Part shown: one piece after another, positions 11,258-21,635 of the stretch
How positions within the stretch are numbered: the stretch's first letter is position 1
Layout: the number at the start of each line of letters is the position of its first letter
From: Nitrospirales bacterium
Lineage (GTDB): Bacteria > Nitrospirota > Nitrospiria > Nitrospirales > UBA8639
DNA length: 64,000 nucleotides
NCBI GenBank assembly: GCA_965203295.1
Contig: CBDBCZ010000019.1
Coordinates: forward strand, 1,824,001 to 1,888,000
Direction: 5' to 3'
Made by a program: the position numbers and the translations under genes
Notes under the pieces: generated by a model
Database searches by the model: none
What the model saw: the letters and a program-made list of their open reading frames with translations, nothing else
What the model was told of the DNA's origin: nothing

Positions 11258-11968
11258 ATGTTGAGTTTGCTAGGTCTTGGTTTTTTAATCGGCATGCGGC
11301 ACGCCTTTGAAGCTGATCATGCAGCTGCCGTGGCAACCCTCGCGACAAAAAGTCCATCGATTGCCCATACAGTAAAACAGGGCGTGGTTTGGGGAATTGG
11401 TCACAGTCTGACCCTGTTGGGGTTTTGCTCAATGGTCTTTTTGATGGAAGCCGTGATTCCGGAATATCTCGCCCATGGATTGGAATTGGCTGTAGGGATC
11501 ATGTTGGTGGGATTAGGGCTCGATGTATGGCGGAAATTGGTGAAGGAACGGATGCATTTCCACTTTCACCAACAACACGAGAGCCAAACTCCCCACTTTC
11601 ATATTCATTCCCACCTAGGGGATGTTGAGCATTCCTATTCAACGCATCAGCACTCACACCAGGAAGGCTTTCCGTTTCGAGCACTCCTTGTAGGATTTAT
11701 GCATGGCACGGCTGGCTCAGCGGCCCTCATCCTTCTAACCCTTCACACCACACTCTCCCCCATGATGGGATTCGTCTACATTGTTCTCTTTGGCCTCGGG
11801 TCGATTGTAGGGATGGCAGTCCTTTCTCTCGTGATTGCTCTTCCTCTCCGGTATTCGGTCCGCTCCCTGACCTGGCTCCATCAAGTGCTTCAAGGAACCA
11901 TCGGAGGAGCCACCATCATATTGGGTGTCACGTTGATCTATACCATGGGCCCCAAATTCCTAGGATAG
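11258..11968 (+). CDS. Ni/Co permease of the UreH/NiCoT-like family
   Basis: GMRHAFEADH signature, WGIGH, His-rich loop, VGFMHGTAGSA. Confidence 0.82.
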   Translation: MLSLLGLGFLIGMRHAFEADHAAAVATLATKSPSIAHTVKQGVVWGIGHSLTLLGFCSMVFLMEAVIPEYLAHGLELAVGIMLVGLGLDVWRKLVKERMHFHFHQQHESQTPHFHIHSHLGDVEHSYSTHQHSHQEGFPFRALLVGFMHGTAGSAALILLTLHTTLSPMMGFVYIVLFGLGSIVGMAVLSLVIALPLRYSVRSLTWLHQVLQGTIGGATIILGVTLIYTMGPKFLG

Positions 11969-12084
11969 CCCAAATTTCAAGAAATTTCAGTTTTTCCCCT
12001 AGCAAATCCTTTACCCTGCATTGTGGCAGAAGGCCTCGTAGTTTCGATACAATAATAAAGTCATTCCTGAAGGACAGCCTATCT

Positions 12085-12699
12085 ATGGTTTCTACCCTTG
12101 GAAAAGGAACGATCGTTCTTTTGCTGTGCTTTCCAATGGGGTGTGCTTCCTCATACAGCCAAGCCTTTCCTCAAGAAGTTCTTCAAAGCATAGACTCAAG
12201 CCTGACTTTTCTTCAACTCAAGGAATCTCCTGTTTCTCATCAGGGGAGAGTGGTCTTGCTTGGAGGCGAAATTTTGTCCGCTAAACGTCACAAAGACCAG
12301 ACACGCCTAATCGTTCTCCAGCTTCCCCTCACAGAGTACCAGGACCCAAACTGGGAACGGACCCAGTCCCATGGAAGATTCATCGCGTTCCAGAAAGAGT
12401 TTCTGGATCCTGCTACGACTCCTCCGGGAACCCGAATTACACTGATTGGGCAAATCCAAGGAGAAACCATGGAAATGTTAGGTGAAATGGAGTATTCCTA
12501 CCCTACCCTTGCCATTAAACATTTGAGGGTCTGGGCAGAGCCAAGGGAAGGGTTTTATCCTTATGGCTGGTATGGTCAGCCTCATTATCATTATGATCCC
12601 TATTGGCATGCTCCCTATTATTACGCAGGCCCAAATTATTGTTGTCTCTACGGATATCCCTCCGGACAAATGTATAGGCCACATCCTTATTGGTGGTAA
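12085..12699 (+). CDS. Slp family outer-membrane lipoprotein
   Basis: Lipobox MGC, VLLGGEI, GRFIA...FLDP, Y.YP motifs. Confidence 0.85.
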   Translation: MVSTLGKGTIVLLLCFPMGCASSYSQAFPQEVLQSIDSSLTFLQLKESPVSHQGRVVLLGGEILSAKRHKDQTRLIVLQLPLTEYQDPNWERTQSHGRFIAFQKEFLDPATTPPGTRITLIGQIQGETMEMLGEMEYSYPTLAIKHLRVWAEPREGFYPYGWYGQPHYHYDPYWHAPYYYAGPNYCCLYGYPSGQMYRPHPYWW

Positions 12700-12780
12700 G
12701 AATCATCCGAGAGCTTTTGTCGTTTTCTAGACTTTTTTGTATAATTTAAGGATAACACAGCCAAATCGAGAGAAGAGGTT

Positions 12781-13408
12781 ATGATGAAAAAATCAAATAT
12801 AAAAATGGCCGGGTTAGTCGGAATCCTTGCATTGGCGACAGTCTTTACTGCTTGTAAAGAAGGCTATAAATCAGACCTCCCACAAGCCCATGCCGCAAAA
12901 TCTTCCAGTCTTAATGGGACACCGATTTATTCCTTTACCTTGGCTGATATTGATGGCCAACCTTTACCACTCAGTCAAAAAATTTGAGGGAAAAGTATTA
13001 CTTCTGGTCAACACTGCCAGTTTTTGTGGAAATACTCCTCAGTACGGAGGTCTCCAGGAATTGTACGACCGCTACCAAGACCAGGGCTTAGAAATCTTGG
13101 CATTTCCAGCAAATAATTTTGGCAAGCAGGAACCAGGAAATAACGAAGAAATCAAAACGTTCTGTTATACCAAATACTCGCTCACGTTCCTTCTTTTCAG
13201 TAAAATTAGCGTGAAGGGCGAAAACACCCATCCGCTTTATCAATACCTCACACAAGAAAGTCCGTTTCCTGGAGAGATCGAATGGAATTTTCAAAAATTC
13301 TTGGTGGATAGAGAAGGGAACGTGATCGCTCGTTGTCGGTCTGGAATGAAGCCACTTTCTCGCATGATCGTCGAAGATATTGAACAGGCTTTGAGTAAGA
13401 CCTCTTGA
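12781..13408 (+). pseudogene. Lipoprotein glutathione peroxidase (Cys type), frameshift in A-run at ~12977-12982
   Basis: Lipoprotein leader plus IYSFTLADIDG in one frame; GKVLLLVNTASFCG, AFPANNFG.QEPG, WNFQKFLVD in another. Confidence 0.88.
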
Positions 13409-13420
13409 TACAGAGGTCTT

Positions 13421-13801
13421 TCAGCCTGAGACCTCATCACAGACTTCAAACTGAATACGCATTTCTTGCTCGACTTCCCATCCTTCTAACCGCATGCCGA
13501 GCCCTTTCGTCCCAAACATAGACGATTGTACTCCTATCGCATGTCGATAATAAAACTCGACGAGCCCTTGAAGTACGGGCATGTTAAAAGGGCCATCGTA
13601 TCCCTGGGGCAAGGAAACCAGAAGAGGTTGTGATTCGGCTCCATCATCCAATAATTGTCTCACATCGACGAAAAGATCTTTAAACTCCTCACCCTCGACA
13701 CTGAGATCGAAGAAGACCCGTGATCCCACGTGGTCATCATCACTCCAAAATTCCGGAGAATTGATAATGCAACGCCGAAAAGTCACTGTCGCGACGGGCA
13801 T
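13421..13801 (-). CDS. Hypothetical protein
   Basis: 126-aa ORF with RBS-like AGAGGA, co-oriented behind tldE. Confidence 0.65.
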   Translation of the reverse strand: MPVATVTFRRCIINSPEFWSDDDHVGSRVFFDLSVEGEEFKDLFVDVRQLLDDGAESQPLLVSLPQGYDGPFNMPVLQGLVEFYYRHAIGVQSSMFGTKGLGMRLEGWEVEQEMRIQFEVCDEVSG

Positions 13802-13870
13802 GAGTTTATTCCTCTTTTAATGTCATCCCTCACAGGGTTGGGCCCACTCAACACTAATAAGAAGATCTTG

Positions 13871-15193
13871 CTAAAATCTAGTCACACTGGAGAAATGAAA
13901 ATCACGTATCTTCATGGCGGGCAAGAGCATTTTGATTTGTTCAGGAGTGATGGCATCCATCGGAGGTGTGAACCTTTCAAGGGCATTAAACGCACGTAAG
14001 GGACTGTCGTGGAATCGAAAGTTTCGCAACCCACAGGCGATGCGACCATCTTCAACAAGAAAGGTCCCATCTCGAGTCATTCCCGTGAGCGTCATGTCCA
14101 TGACGTTGGCGAACCGGATGTACCAAAAATTCGTCACTAAGATTCCTTTCTCTGTTTGTCGAATCAAGTCTTGAACATCCTCACCAGTGGCCTCTTGTCC
14201 ACAGAACACAGGAGCATCGAATTCTCCACTAGGGGGCACACCTTTTTCTTTGGCCATATAACGGTCATACAATAATTGTCGAAGGACACCTTGTTGTATC
14301 CAATCCCCTCTTGAAGCTGGCAGACCTTCTTCGCCAAACCCAGAACCCAACAGATCAGGATGGTCCGGACGATTTTGAAGCGTTAGACGCAAATCAATGA
14401 TTGATTTCTCTAATTTTCCAGCTAGAGGACTCGTTCCTTTGTCATAGTCCTTCGCGTCTAAAGATTCGATGAGCGGTGCGACCAATCCTGCAACCGCTGC
14501 GGGCGCTAAAATCACCATGTATCGCCCAGGCGGTATTTCTTTAGGATTGCCTGATTGCTGGGATTTCGAGACGGCCACACGAATACGTGTAGGAATCGCA
14601 AGCTCGTTAATGGATCGGTGCGCAAAGTCGACCCATCCGGTTGAATCTGCCCCGATGGCGGTGAGACTGAATCGGGCATGCGTCCTTTGCTCATAGGCAA
14701 ACAATCCTGTCGAAGCTGCATGCCCGACACTCTCTACAGAAAACCGAACAAAACCCGTTGCCTGTAGATTTTCTTCTCGACATATGTCAATCGCCTCTTT
14801 GGTTCCATCAACTCGTTCTTGAAGACCGGCTTCTTTGGTTTCCGGTCGAAACGTCGGCATGGCTGCGTAGGTTTGAGGGGAAAGGGGGACGAGATATTCT
14901 GGATCGGTTGGTGCCCATCGAGCCACATCCTGAGCACGTTGAACGGCTTCCTTGATGGATTGATCTGAAAGATCCGTGGTCGTTGTTTTTCCATGCTGCT
15001 GACCATAGGCAAGCAAGATGGTCAGGGTCTGCCAACGGGAATTGAGATTTTGGATGATGTTGTTATTGGCAAACCGGGTCGTCCCAGATTCCGTATCAGC
15101 CATAGAAACCTGTGTCTGCTCGCCATCGGACAAATTCAAAGCCATGTCGGCCAATCGTTGAAAAGCTGCTTGATCCAATGGATCGTGGCTCAT
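13871..15193 (-). CDS. tldE: TldE/PmbA family protein
   Basis: TRFANN, LTGMTRDGTFLVEDG, C-terminal FHFSS; adjacent to tldD. Confidence 0.85.
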   Translation of the reverse strand: MSHDPLDQAAFQRLADMALNLSDGEQTQVSMADTESGTTRFANNNIIQNLNSRWQTLTILLAYGQQHGKTTTTDLSDQSIKEAVQRAQDVARWAPTDPEYLVPLSPQTYAAMPTFRPETKEAGLQERVDGTKEAIDICREENLQATGFVRFSVESVGHAASTGLFAYEQRTHARFSLTAIGADSTGWVDFAHRSINELAIPTRIRVAVSKSQQSGNPKEIPPGRYMVILAPAAVAGLVAPLIESLDAKDYDKGTSPLAGKLEKSIIDLRLTLQNRPDHPDLLGSGFGEEGLPASRGDWIQQGVLRQLLYDRYMAKEKGVPPSGEFDAPVFCGQEATGEDVQDLIRQTEKGILVTNFWYIRFANVMDMTLTGMTRDGTFLVEDGRIACGLRNFRFHDSPLRAFNALERFTPPMDAITPEQIKMLLPAMKIRDFHFSSVTRF

Positions 15194-15208
15194 CCTCTTT
15201 CCTTCTCC

Positions 15209-16679
15209 TTAAGACACCGACCGTGCACGAATAATATCGACGCCGCGAAACCTGGCATGAGAGGCGGCATAAGTCATCCAGCCCGCTTGACCAGGTTGTC
15301 CTTTGCCACAAGTAATAAATCCAAATCGTCCCCGATGAGATGCGTCGGCTACAGCATCACAACTGGCCCAAAATCCTGCTGTGATTCCATGATAAATGAC
15401 ATCTCGTACCATGTGAGTCCGCTTTCCATTTTCAATGAGCCAAAAGACATCTCCTCCAAACTGAAAATTGTGCCGCTGTTGGTCGATACTGTAGGAATCA
15501 TGTCCTTCAATGAACAAACCGCGCTTCACGTCAGCGATCATGTCATCGAGCCGTTCTTTCCCAGGTTCAAGCCCAATATTCGCAATGCGCACCATAAGGC
15601 ACATTCGCCCAGCTATCCGCCCGATTGGATCCGCGAGACCGTTGCTCCCCAATCCTTGAAGCTACCTCCCGATTGGTACAATACCCCACAAACGTCCCTT
15701 CTCGGATAATATCCCATCGTTGGCAGGCCACCCCATCATCATCGTAGCCCGTGGAGGCTAATGACCACACTTCTGTATTGTCCGAAACCAAATTGACCGA
15801 AGGCGATCCATAGCGAAAGTTCCCACGTTTATCTGGTGAAAGAAAACTTGTTCCCGCATAGTTCGCTTCATACCCTAAAGCCCGATCCAACTCACTCGGA
15901 TGGCCACAACTTTCATGAATGGTCAAGGAAAGATGTTCAAGATCTAAAATGAGATCATACTTTCCTGGCTCAATCGGTGGCGCCTTCACCTTCTCCACTG
16001 CCTGGAGGGCTACTCGTTGAGTCTCCATCAAGAAATTAGTTTGACGAATTCGTTCATACCCAGTGCGAAGATAGGGAGTATGGTACCGTCGTGAGGCAAA
16101 CCGGTCTTCAAGGACTGCGGTTGCTTCGAGACTGCCCTGAGTGGCTAATAAATCGAAGTAAATGTGAGATCCCTCAGTTGAGACAAACAGTTTGCAATCC
16201 CGGCGTGCCCATAAAGAGGCCTGACTTCTGGCAATGTTCGGTTCTCTTTGCATCAGCTCCATGACTTCTAATAGCTGTTGTGTCTTTTCCTCTAGTGAAA
16301 CCTCGAAAGGGTCTTCGTGAAACGAGATTTTGATAACATCCTGATAAGTCGGCTCCTCAACCAAGTTGATGGAAGTGTGATTCACGAGAGACGTGGCCTT
16401 CGCAATCTCAATCGCCAAAGCCGTTATGTTTTTAATTTCTTCAGGTGAAACTGTAGAACTGGATGCAAATCCCCAAGCCCCTTTGTAGAGAACTCTCACT
16501 CTAAAGCCGGCATCATAAGCATCGAGAATGTCACCGATTCGGCGGTCCTGACCAAATACGCGCTGCGTGTGGCTCGTGAGAAGTCGAATATCCCCGTACT
16601 CAGCCCCAGACGATCGAATTATCTTAACTGCTACCTCAGCTAGCTCATTCCATTGATTGATGTTTATTTCGTCATTCAT
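15209..16679 (-). pseudogene. tldD: TldD family metalloprotease, +1 frameshift at ~15595
   Basis: HESCGHPSELDR active site in ORF 15567-16679; SYSIDQQR.NFQFGG and CGKGQPGQ in ORF 15209-15652. Confidence 0.88.
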
Positions 16680-16887
16680 CGTCAGAGACCCTCACGATAC
16701 AACTTTGTGAATTGAGGCCACTATACGCAAGCATTTGCACCAAATCTACTTATCCGCCAGATCGCTAGTCATAGACTATCCTTCTCGCTTTCAGAAAAAG
16801 AGTCAAAAGCAAATATGCCAAAAGGTTTACAGTCAGATGGCAAATGAAAGTAAATACACCCCTCTTCAGGGCTATGATTCTGAGAGA

Positions 16888-17550
16888 TTAGCAAGAAGGA
16901 AGCTGCGTCAGTTGTCGAATAAGTCGTCCGGTTGGAGGAGATTCAGGGAAAGGAGCTCCTGAACAGGGATCGTTCCCATAATGCAAGTATTGCAAAAGGG
17001 CATCCCAACCTGTGACTCGTACGATAAGCGGGTGAGAGGTCTCCCGATTCCACGGCTGGTCCATCAAAAAGACAGGAATGCCTTGTTCATAAAATCTCTG
17101 AACGTGGGCAGGATGATCATCTACAGCTAGGACAATACGTTCAGGGACATCAACCTTTTCATCCGTATGGTACAACTCATCAAATGGTATTTGGTGCATG
17201 CGCAACCAGGCTAAGGTTTGAGGCCGTGATGAAGGCCTGCGTGCGGTAATAATAACAATGCGATACTGTTCTTGCAGCCTTTGTAAAGCCAACCTGGCTC
17301 CAGGAAAGATTGGAAGGATGGGAATACTGTGATCATGAAAATAATCAAAAATTTTTTCAATTAAAGGTCGATCAAGAGCACTCCCATCAAGACCACCTGC
17401 ACTGGCATACAATGATCGTGGCCAGGGTTTCTTGGTTAATTCCGTAAAGATGCGCTGAACTTCTCGTTCAGCGTGGGCTAAGACGTTATCAATATCGACA
17501 CCGAATACCGGACGTTCTTGCTGATCTTTCATAACATTTTTATTAATCAA
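16888..17550 (-). CDS. HAD-superfamily 5'(3')-nucleotidase-like protein
   Basis: GVDIDNVLA motif I, ITAR, VDD, PWNR. Confidence 0.8.
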   Translation of the reverse strand: MINKNVMKDQQERPVFGVDIDNVLAHAEREVQRIFTELTKKPWPRSLYASAGGLDGSALDRPLIEKIFDYFHDHSIPILPIFPGARLALQRLQEQYRIVIITARRPSSRPQTLAWLRMHQIPFDELYHTDEKVDVPERIVLAVDDHPAHVQRFYEQGIPVFLMDQPWNRETSHPLIVRVTGWDALLQYLHYGNDPCSGAPFPESPPTGRLIRQLTQLPSC

Positions 17551-17706
17551 TGAATGATGAAGATACGGTCAACTGTTCAGAATCTCGTGAAATAACAAGA
17601 CCAAACTTGAATATACCCCTTAGTCCCATCTTGATTGTAGACTATAAACAATCACAACTTGTTTTAGGAAGTATTGTGAAAAGGCACTCCGGGCTGGGAA
17701 CGAGTC

Positions 17707-19464
17707 CTATTGCTTTTGCTTCATTCTTACCGTCCTGAGTCGATTGATGGCGGCAGCAATTTCGTAAGCACGAGGTCTGGAAAAATTTCCTGGGTAAGTC
17801 CCCTCTCGGAAAAAAGGATCTAAGATATCCAACCCTTTTTCTTCGAGTAGTCGAACGACGACTTCAATGACCGTTTTCAAAGAAGATCGGCCATCCGTAA
17901 AGTTTTGGGAGGCCACAAAAATGGCATGCCCTACTGCCCGTGTTTGGCTTATATCTATGAGTTGCTCTAGTCCCCGTAAATCAATGACCTCCTGTCCATA
18001 GAGGATCACATCTTCACTTTTTGAGTCGATTTTCACTTCACGTCGTCCTCGGGATGCATCAAAACTTTCCGGAATTGGCACTCGTGGGCAAGACATCGGA
18101 AAATCCGAGCTCACTTCTATGCTTCGCTTGGTCGTCACGGTTTTCGCTAATCGATGAGCGTCCTCGGTCACAACAATAGGGAGATAGTTGCGCATCATGA
18201 TCACGGTATCAGATACCTCAAAATAATCGCCACACCCGCCCATCACAAGAACAGTAGAAACTCCTTGCTTCTCAAACAATTCTCGAACTCGATCCACAAA
18301 GGGGGTGATAGGTTCATGATCTTTCTTCACTAAAGCCTGCATTCGGGCATCTCGTACCATAAAATTGGTGGCAGACGTATCCTCATCAAGAAGCAGCACC
18401 TGCGCCCCTACCTCTATGGCTTCGACAATCGTCGCGGCTTGGCTTGTACTCCCGCTGGCATTATCAGTAGAAAAGCAAGACGTTGGTTGGCCAAAGGGCA
18501 AATCTGTGATAAACCCGCTAATATCAACATTTTCAATACGTCGGCCATCCTCTGCACGAACCTTGACGGCATGAAGATTTGTTACCACATATTCCCGGCC
18601 GTCACCTGGAATGTGTGGGTAGACTCCACGTTCCAGCGCACGTAACAAGGTAGATTTTCCATGGTATCCACCTCCGACGATCAGGGTCACTCCCTTGGGA
18701 ATACCCATTCCACTGATCGCATGAACAGATTTTCCTTCTCGCTCAACCGGATTCAATAACGGAACGGTGACCTGAAGAGAAGCTGGACTTTTAAATCGTT
18801 GAACGTGCCCTTTGAGTAACGGCAGATCCGAAGCTCCATTCATTCTGGGCAATATCGAACCGTCCGCTACAAACGCCATTAATTCGAGACCATCAAGTTG
18901 GTCTCGAATCGATTCTTGATTTTCGACACACAGCACAAACTGCCTTGCTTCAGGATCAGACACATTCCTCCAAAACAAAGCCTGCTCCATAATCTTAGGG
19001 ATCTCCTCACACAACATCGCCTCGGCTTGCCGACCCAGGATTGTTCGACCATTCGCAGGCAGTCCAACCGCGAGTCTGGCCTCCACCCAGTCCTGACAAA
19101 CCACCATCGATGTCCGTTCAAGCACTTCTTGACTTCCGACATCAATGACCACAAGCCCACTTTTGCCCATGCCACGTCGGCCCTGAGCCATTTCCTGGAT
19201 ATTTCGATGAACTGACCGTGTGAGAAAATCCTGTAGGGCTATTCTTCGGATCGAATTGGCGAAGAGATCTTCGGGAAGATTGGCGACGTTTTGAGAAACG
19301 CGCAATCGAATCTTCGAGGGTGCTGCAAACGGATCACCTTGCACATGATCAATGGCAAGAGTAAACGGTCTTTGAACAAAACAGCCTTCAAGATCTTTGT
19401 ACGCTTTATAGCCTCGGCCATCAATTCTGGAGAGAATCTGCCGTAACGCTTCAAACGAGGGCAT
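17707..19464 (-). CDS. ABC-class ATPase domain protein (ABC_ATPase family)
   Basis: HVQGDPFAAPS, GGGYHGKST Walker A, ASGSTSQAA, LLLDEDTSATNFM. Confidence 0.9.
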   Translation of the reverse strand: MPSFEALRQILSRIDGRGYKAYKDLEGCFVQRPFTLAIDHVQGDPFAAPSKIRLRVSQNVANLPEDLFANSIRRIALQDFLTRSVHRNIQEMAQGRRGMGKSGLVVIDVGSQEVLERTSMVVCQDWVEARLAVGLPANGRTILGRQAEAMLCEEIPKIMEQALFWRNVSDPEARQFVLCVENQESIRDQLDGLELMAFVADGSILPRMNGASDLPLLKGHVQRFKSPASLQVTVPLLNPVEREGKSVHAISGMGIPKGVTLIVGGGYHGKSTLLRALERGVYPHIPGDGREYVVTNLHAVKVRAEDGRRIENVDISGFITDLPFGQPTSCFSTDNASGSTSQAATIVEAIEVGAQVLLLDEDTSATNFMVRDARMQALVKKDHEPITPFVDRVRELFEKQGVSTVLVMGGCGDYFEVSDTVIMMRNYLPIVVTEDAHRLAKTVTTKRSIEVSSDFPMSCPRVPIPESFDASRGRREVKIDSKSEDVILYGQEVIDLRGLEQLIDISQTRAVGHAIFVASQNFTDGRSSLKTVIEVVVRLLEEKGLDILDPFFREGTYPGNFSRPRAYEIAAAINRLRTVRMKQKQ

Positions 19465-19512
19465 AGACTTTATTGAGGAACTGAGAGGATTGAGGTAAAC
19501 AGGTGTTCTGTT

Positions 19513-20451
19513 TCAGGGCTCACGTTGCGGTTTCATTTCCACATTCGCCAACTTCTCTAAGGCGAATATGAGCGCATGGGTTCCAGACTTTCCATGTCCT
19601 TGGGCTTGAACAGCCACATATAATTGATGAACTAACGCTAATCCAGGCAACACCAGGCCAGCGCGTTTGGCTTCATCTAACGCAATACCCATATCCTTAA
19701 CAAAATGATCCACAAAGAATCCTGGATCAAAACGTCGCTCAATAATACGCGGAGCGAGCTGGTCTAAAGTCCAACACCCTGCCGCTCCTTTACTAATCGA
19801 CTGCAATAGGGTTTGAAGGTCAAGACCGACCTTGTACCCATATAACAATCCTTCACATACTCCAATCATGGTACCCGCGATGGTAATTTGGTTGCAGAGT
19901 TTGGCATGTTGCCCCGATCCTGCATTCCCCTGACGCACAACGGATTTTCCTAAACAGTCAAAAAGAAGGCTGAGAGCTTCTACCACATCAGCATCTCCAC
20001 CGACCATAATTGACAATGTCCCATTGCGCGCTCCAACATCCCCACCAGAAACTGGAGCATCTACCGCGAAGGCCCCCTTAGCTCTTACCGTTTGGTCAAT
20101 CTCCCGAGCTAAACTAGGCGATGATGTCGTCATATCCACTAAAACCTGTGAAGGTCTTGTTCCCTGAAGAATTCCTTTGTTTCCGAAGTACACCTCCTGC
20201 ACATCTTGGGGCATCCCGATCATCGTAAAAATGACATCCGTTTGTTCCGCGACAGCCACGCACGAATTCGCCCATCGAGCCCCTTTTTCAATCAACGGAC
20301 GTGCATTCTCTTGTGTTCGCGAATACACCACAAGGGGATATCCCTTCGTGACAAGATGTCCACACATCGAAGCCCCCATCACACCCGTGCCGATCCACCC
20401 TACCCGCACAGGAGAAGGCAGTGAAAAAGGTCTGAGAGGTTGATCAGGCAT
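19513..20451 (-). CDS. 3-hydroxyisobutyrate dehydrogenase-family NAD(P)-dependent oxidoreductase
   Basis: GWIGTGVMG, DAPVSGGDVGA, KLCNQ, KDMGIAL. Confidence 0.9.
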   Translation of the reverse strand: MPDQPLRPFSLPSPVRVGWIGTGVMGASMCGHLVTKGYPLVVYSRTQENARPLIEKGARWANSCVAVAEQTDVIFTMIGMPQDVQEVYFGNKGILQGTRPSQVLVDMTTSSPSLAREIDQTVRAKGAFAVDAPVSGGDVGARNGTLSIMVGGDADVVEALSLLFDCLGKSVVRQGNAGSGQHAKLCNQITIAGTMIGVCEGLLYGYKVGLDLQTLLQSISKGAAGCWTLDQLAPRIIERRFDPGFFVDHFVKDMGIALDEAKRAGLVLPGLALVHQLYVAVQAQGHGKSGTHALIFALEKLANVEMKPQREP

Positions 20452-20475
20452 AGAATGGGAACGGAAATAAAGAGG

Positions 20476-21579
20476 TTACTTGATACTAGGTTGTTGCTGG
20501 GTCAGACAGTGAATTGTCCCCAATCCCCATACTAAATCTACGGCATGAATGCCAATCAGGGGACGATCTTGGAATAATTCACTGAGAATGCCCAAAGCAA
20601 CACGATCCTGAGGGTCGTTGAAAGTGGGTACGAGGACTCCGGCATTTGAGATATAAAAGTTCGCGTAACTCGCGGGCAAACGTCGTCCGTCTAAATACAG
20701 TGGGGCCGGCATCGGCAAAGGCACGATTTCAACCTTTGTCCCGTCTTCTAAACGCATCCCTTCCAACCGTTCTCGATTTTCGCACAAAGGACGATAGTTG
20801 ACGTCATTCGGGTTTCGTTCTTGACACAGAATAACTGTCCTGGTGTTCACAAACCGACAGATGTCATCGACATGGCCGTGTGTGTCGTCTCCTGCGATTC
20901 CACGACCTAGCCAGAGAACATTCGTCGCGGCAAAATAATCAGCCAACACATGTTCCATGTCCTTCCGATCAAGCTTAGGATTTCGAACTTGCGTGGTGCT
21001 GTCCAATAAACATTCCTCAGTGGTCAGCAGGGTCCCTGTTCCATTGACATCAATACTACCGCCCTCCAAAACGATTGAGACATTATTTTTTTGTGCAGGA
21101 AATATGCGCCAATCAAATTGAGAAGCCAGGCGAAGGGGAACCCTGCTGTCTTTTTCCCAATCCGAGTACCGAGCCCAAGCCGTAAATTGCCATTTAGTCA
21201 CGGCCACTTCAGGCTTGGGTTTATCCTGTTTGACCAACAAGGGACCAAAGTCACGAGTCCATCCCCTATTGGTCGGAATTCGAAAGAATTCCACCTGTGT
21301 TAAATCGACACCGACACGTGATAAAATCTTCCTGACCTTGTGCTCTCGGTCTTTGGATTGGACGATGATCCTGACTAATTCACCCGAAACCAGTTTGCGA
21401 ACTATTTCCCCATACACCCACTGAATTGCTCCAAACTTGCCAGGCCAATCCGTATGGTTGTGTGGCCAGGCTAACCAGGTGGCTTCATGATGTTCCCATT
21501 CAGCAGGCAGTCGAAACCCTAGCTGAACTGGAGAGATTTTTCTTTTTTGGCTTTTTGATTGTTCGGAGGGGGCTTTCAC
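20476..21579 (-). CDS. aguA: Agmatine deiminase family protein
   Basis: PAEWE, WTRDFGP, LEGGSI, DDTHGHVDD, GTIHCLTQQ. Confidence 0.88.
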   Translation of the reverse strand: MKAPSEQSKSQKRKISPVQLGFRLPAEWEHHEATWLAWPHNHTDWPGKFGAIQWVYGEIVRKLVSGELVRIIVQSKDREHKVRKILSRVGVDLTQVEFFRIPTNRGWTRDFGPLLVKQDKPKPEVAVTKWQFTAWARYSDWEKDSRVPLRLASQFDWRIFPAQKNNVSIVLEGGSIDVNGTGTLLTTEECLLDSTTQVRNPKLDRKDMEHVLADYFAATNVLWLGRGIAGDDTHGHVDDICRFVNTRTVILCQERNPNDVNYRPLCENRERLEGMRLEDGTKVEIVPLPMPAPLYLDGRRLPASYANFYISNAGVLVPTFNDPQDRVALGILSELFQDRPLIGIHAVDLVWGLGTIHCLTQQQPSIK

Positions 21580-21635
21580 AACGTTGAAATCTGGAAAAAC
21601 AGAGTCTGGAGGCCGGAGTCTAGAGACTGAGTCCT

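Noticed and set aside
14993..15709. 238-aa plus-strand ORF and other antisense ORFs
   Set aside because: Shadow frames of well-supported genes such as tldD/tldE, copA and ilvD
13871..16679. TldD/E as part of a RiPP cluster with the radical SAM enzyme
   Set aside because: They are ~28 kb apart, no precursor or YcaO gene is evident, and tldDE is commonly housekeeping
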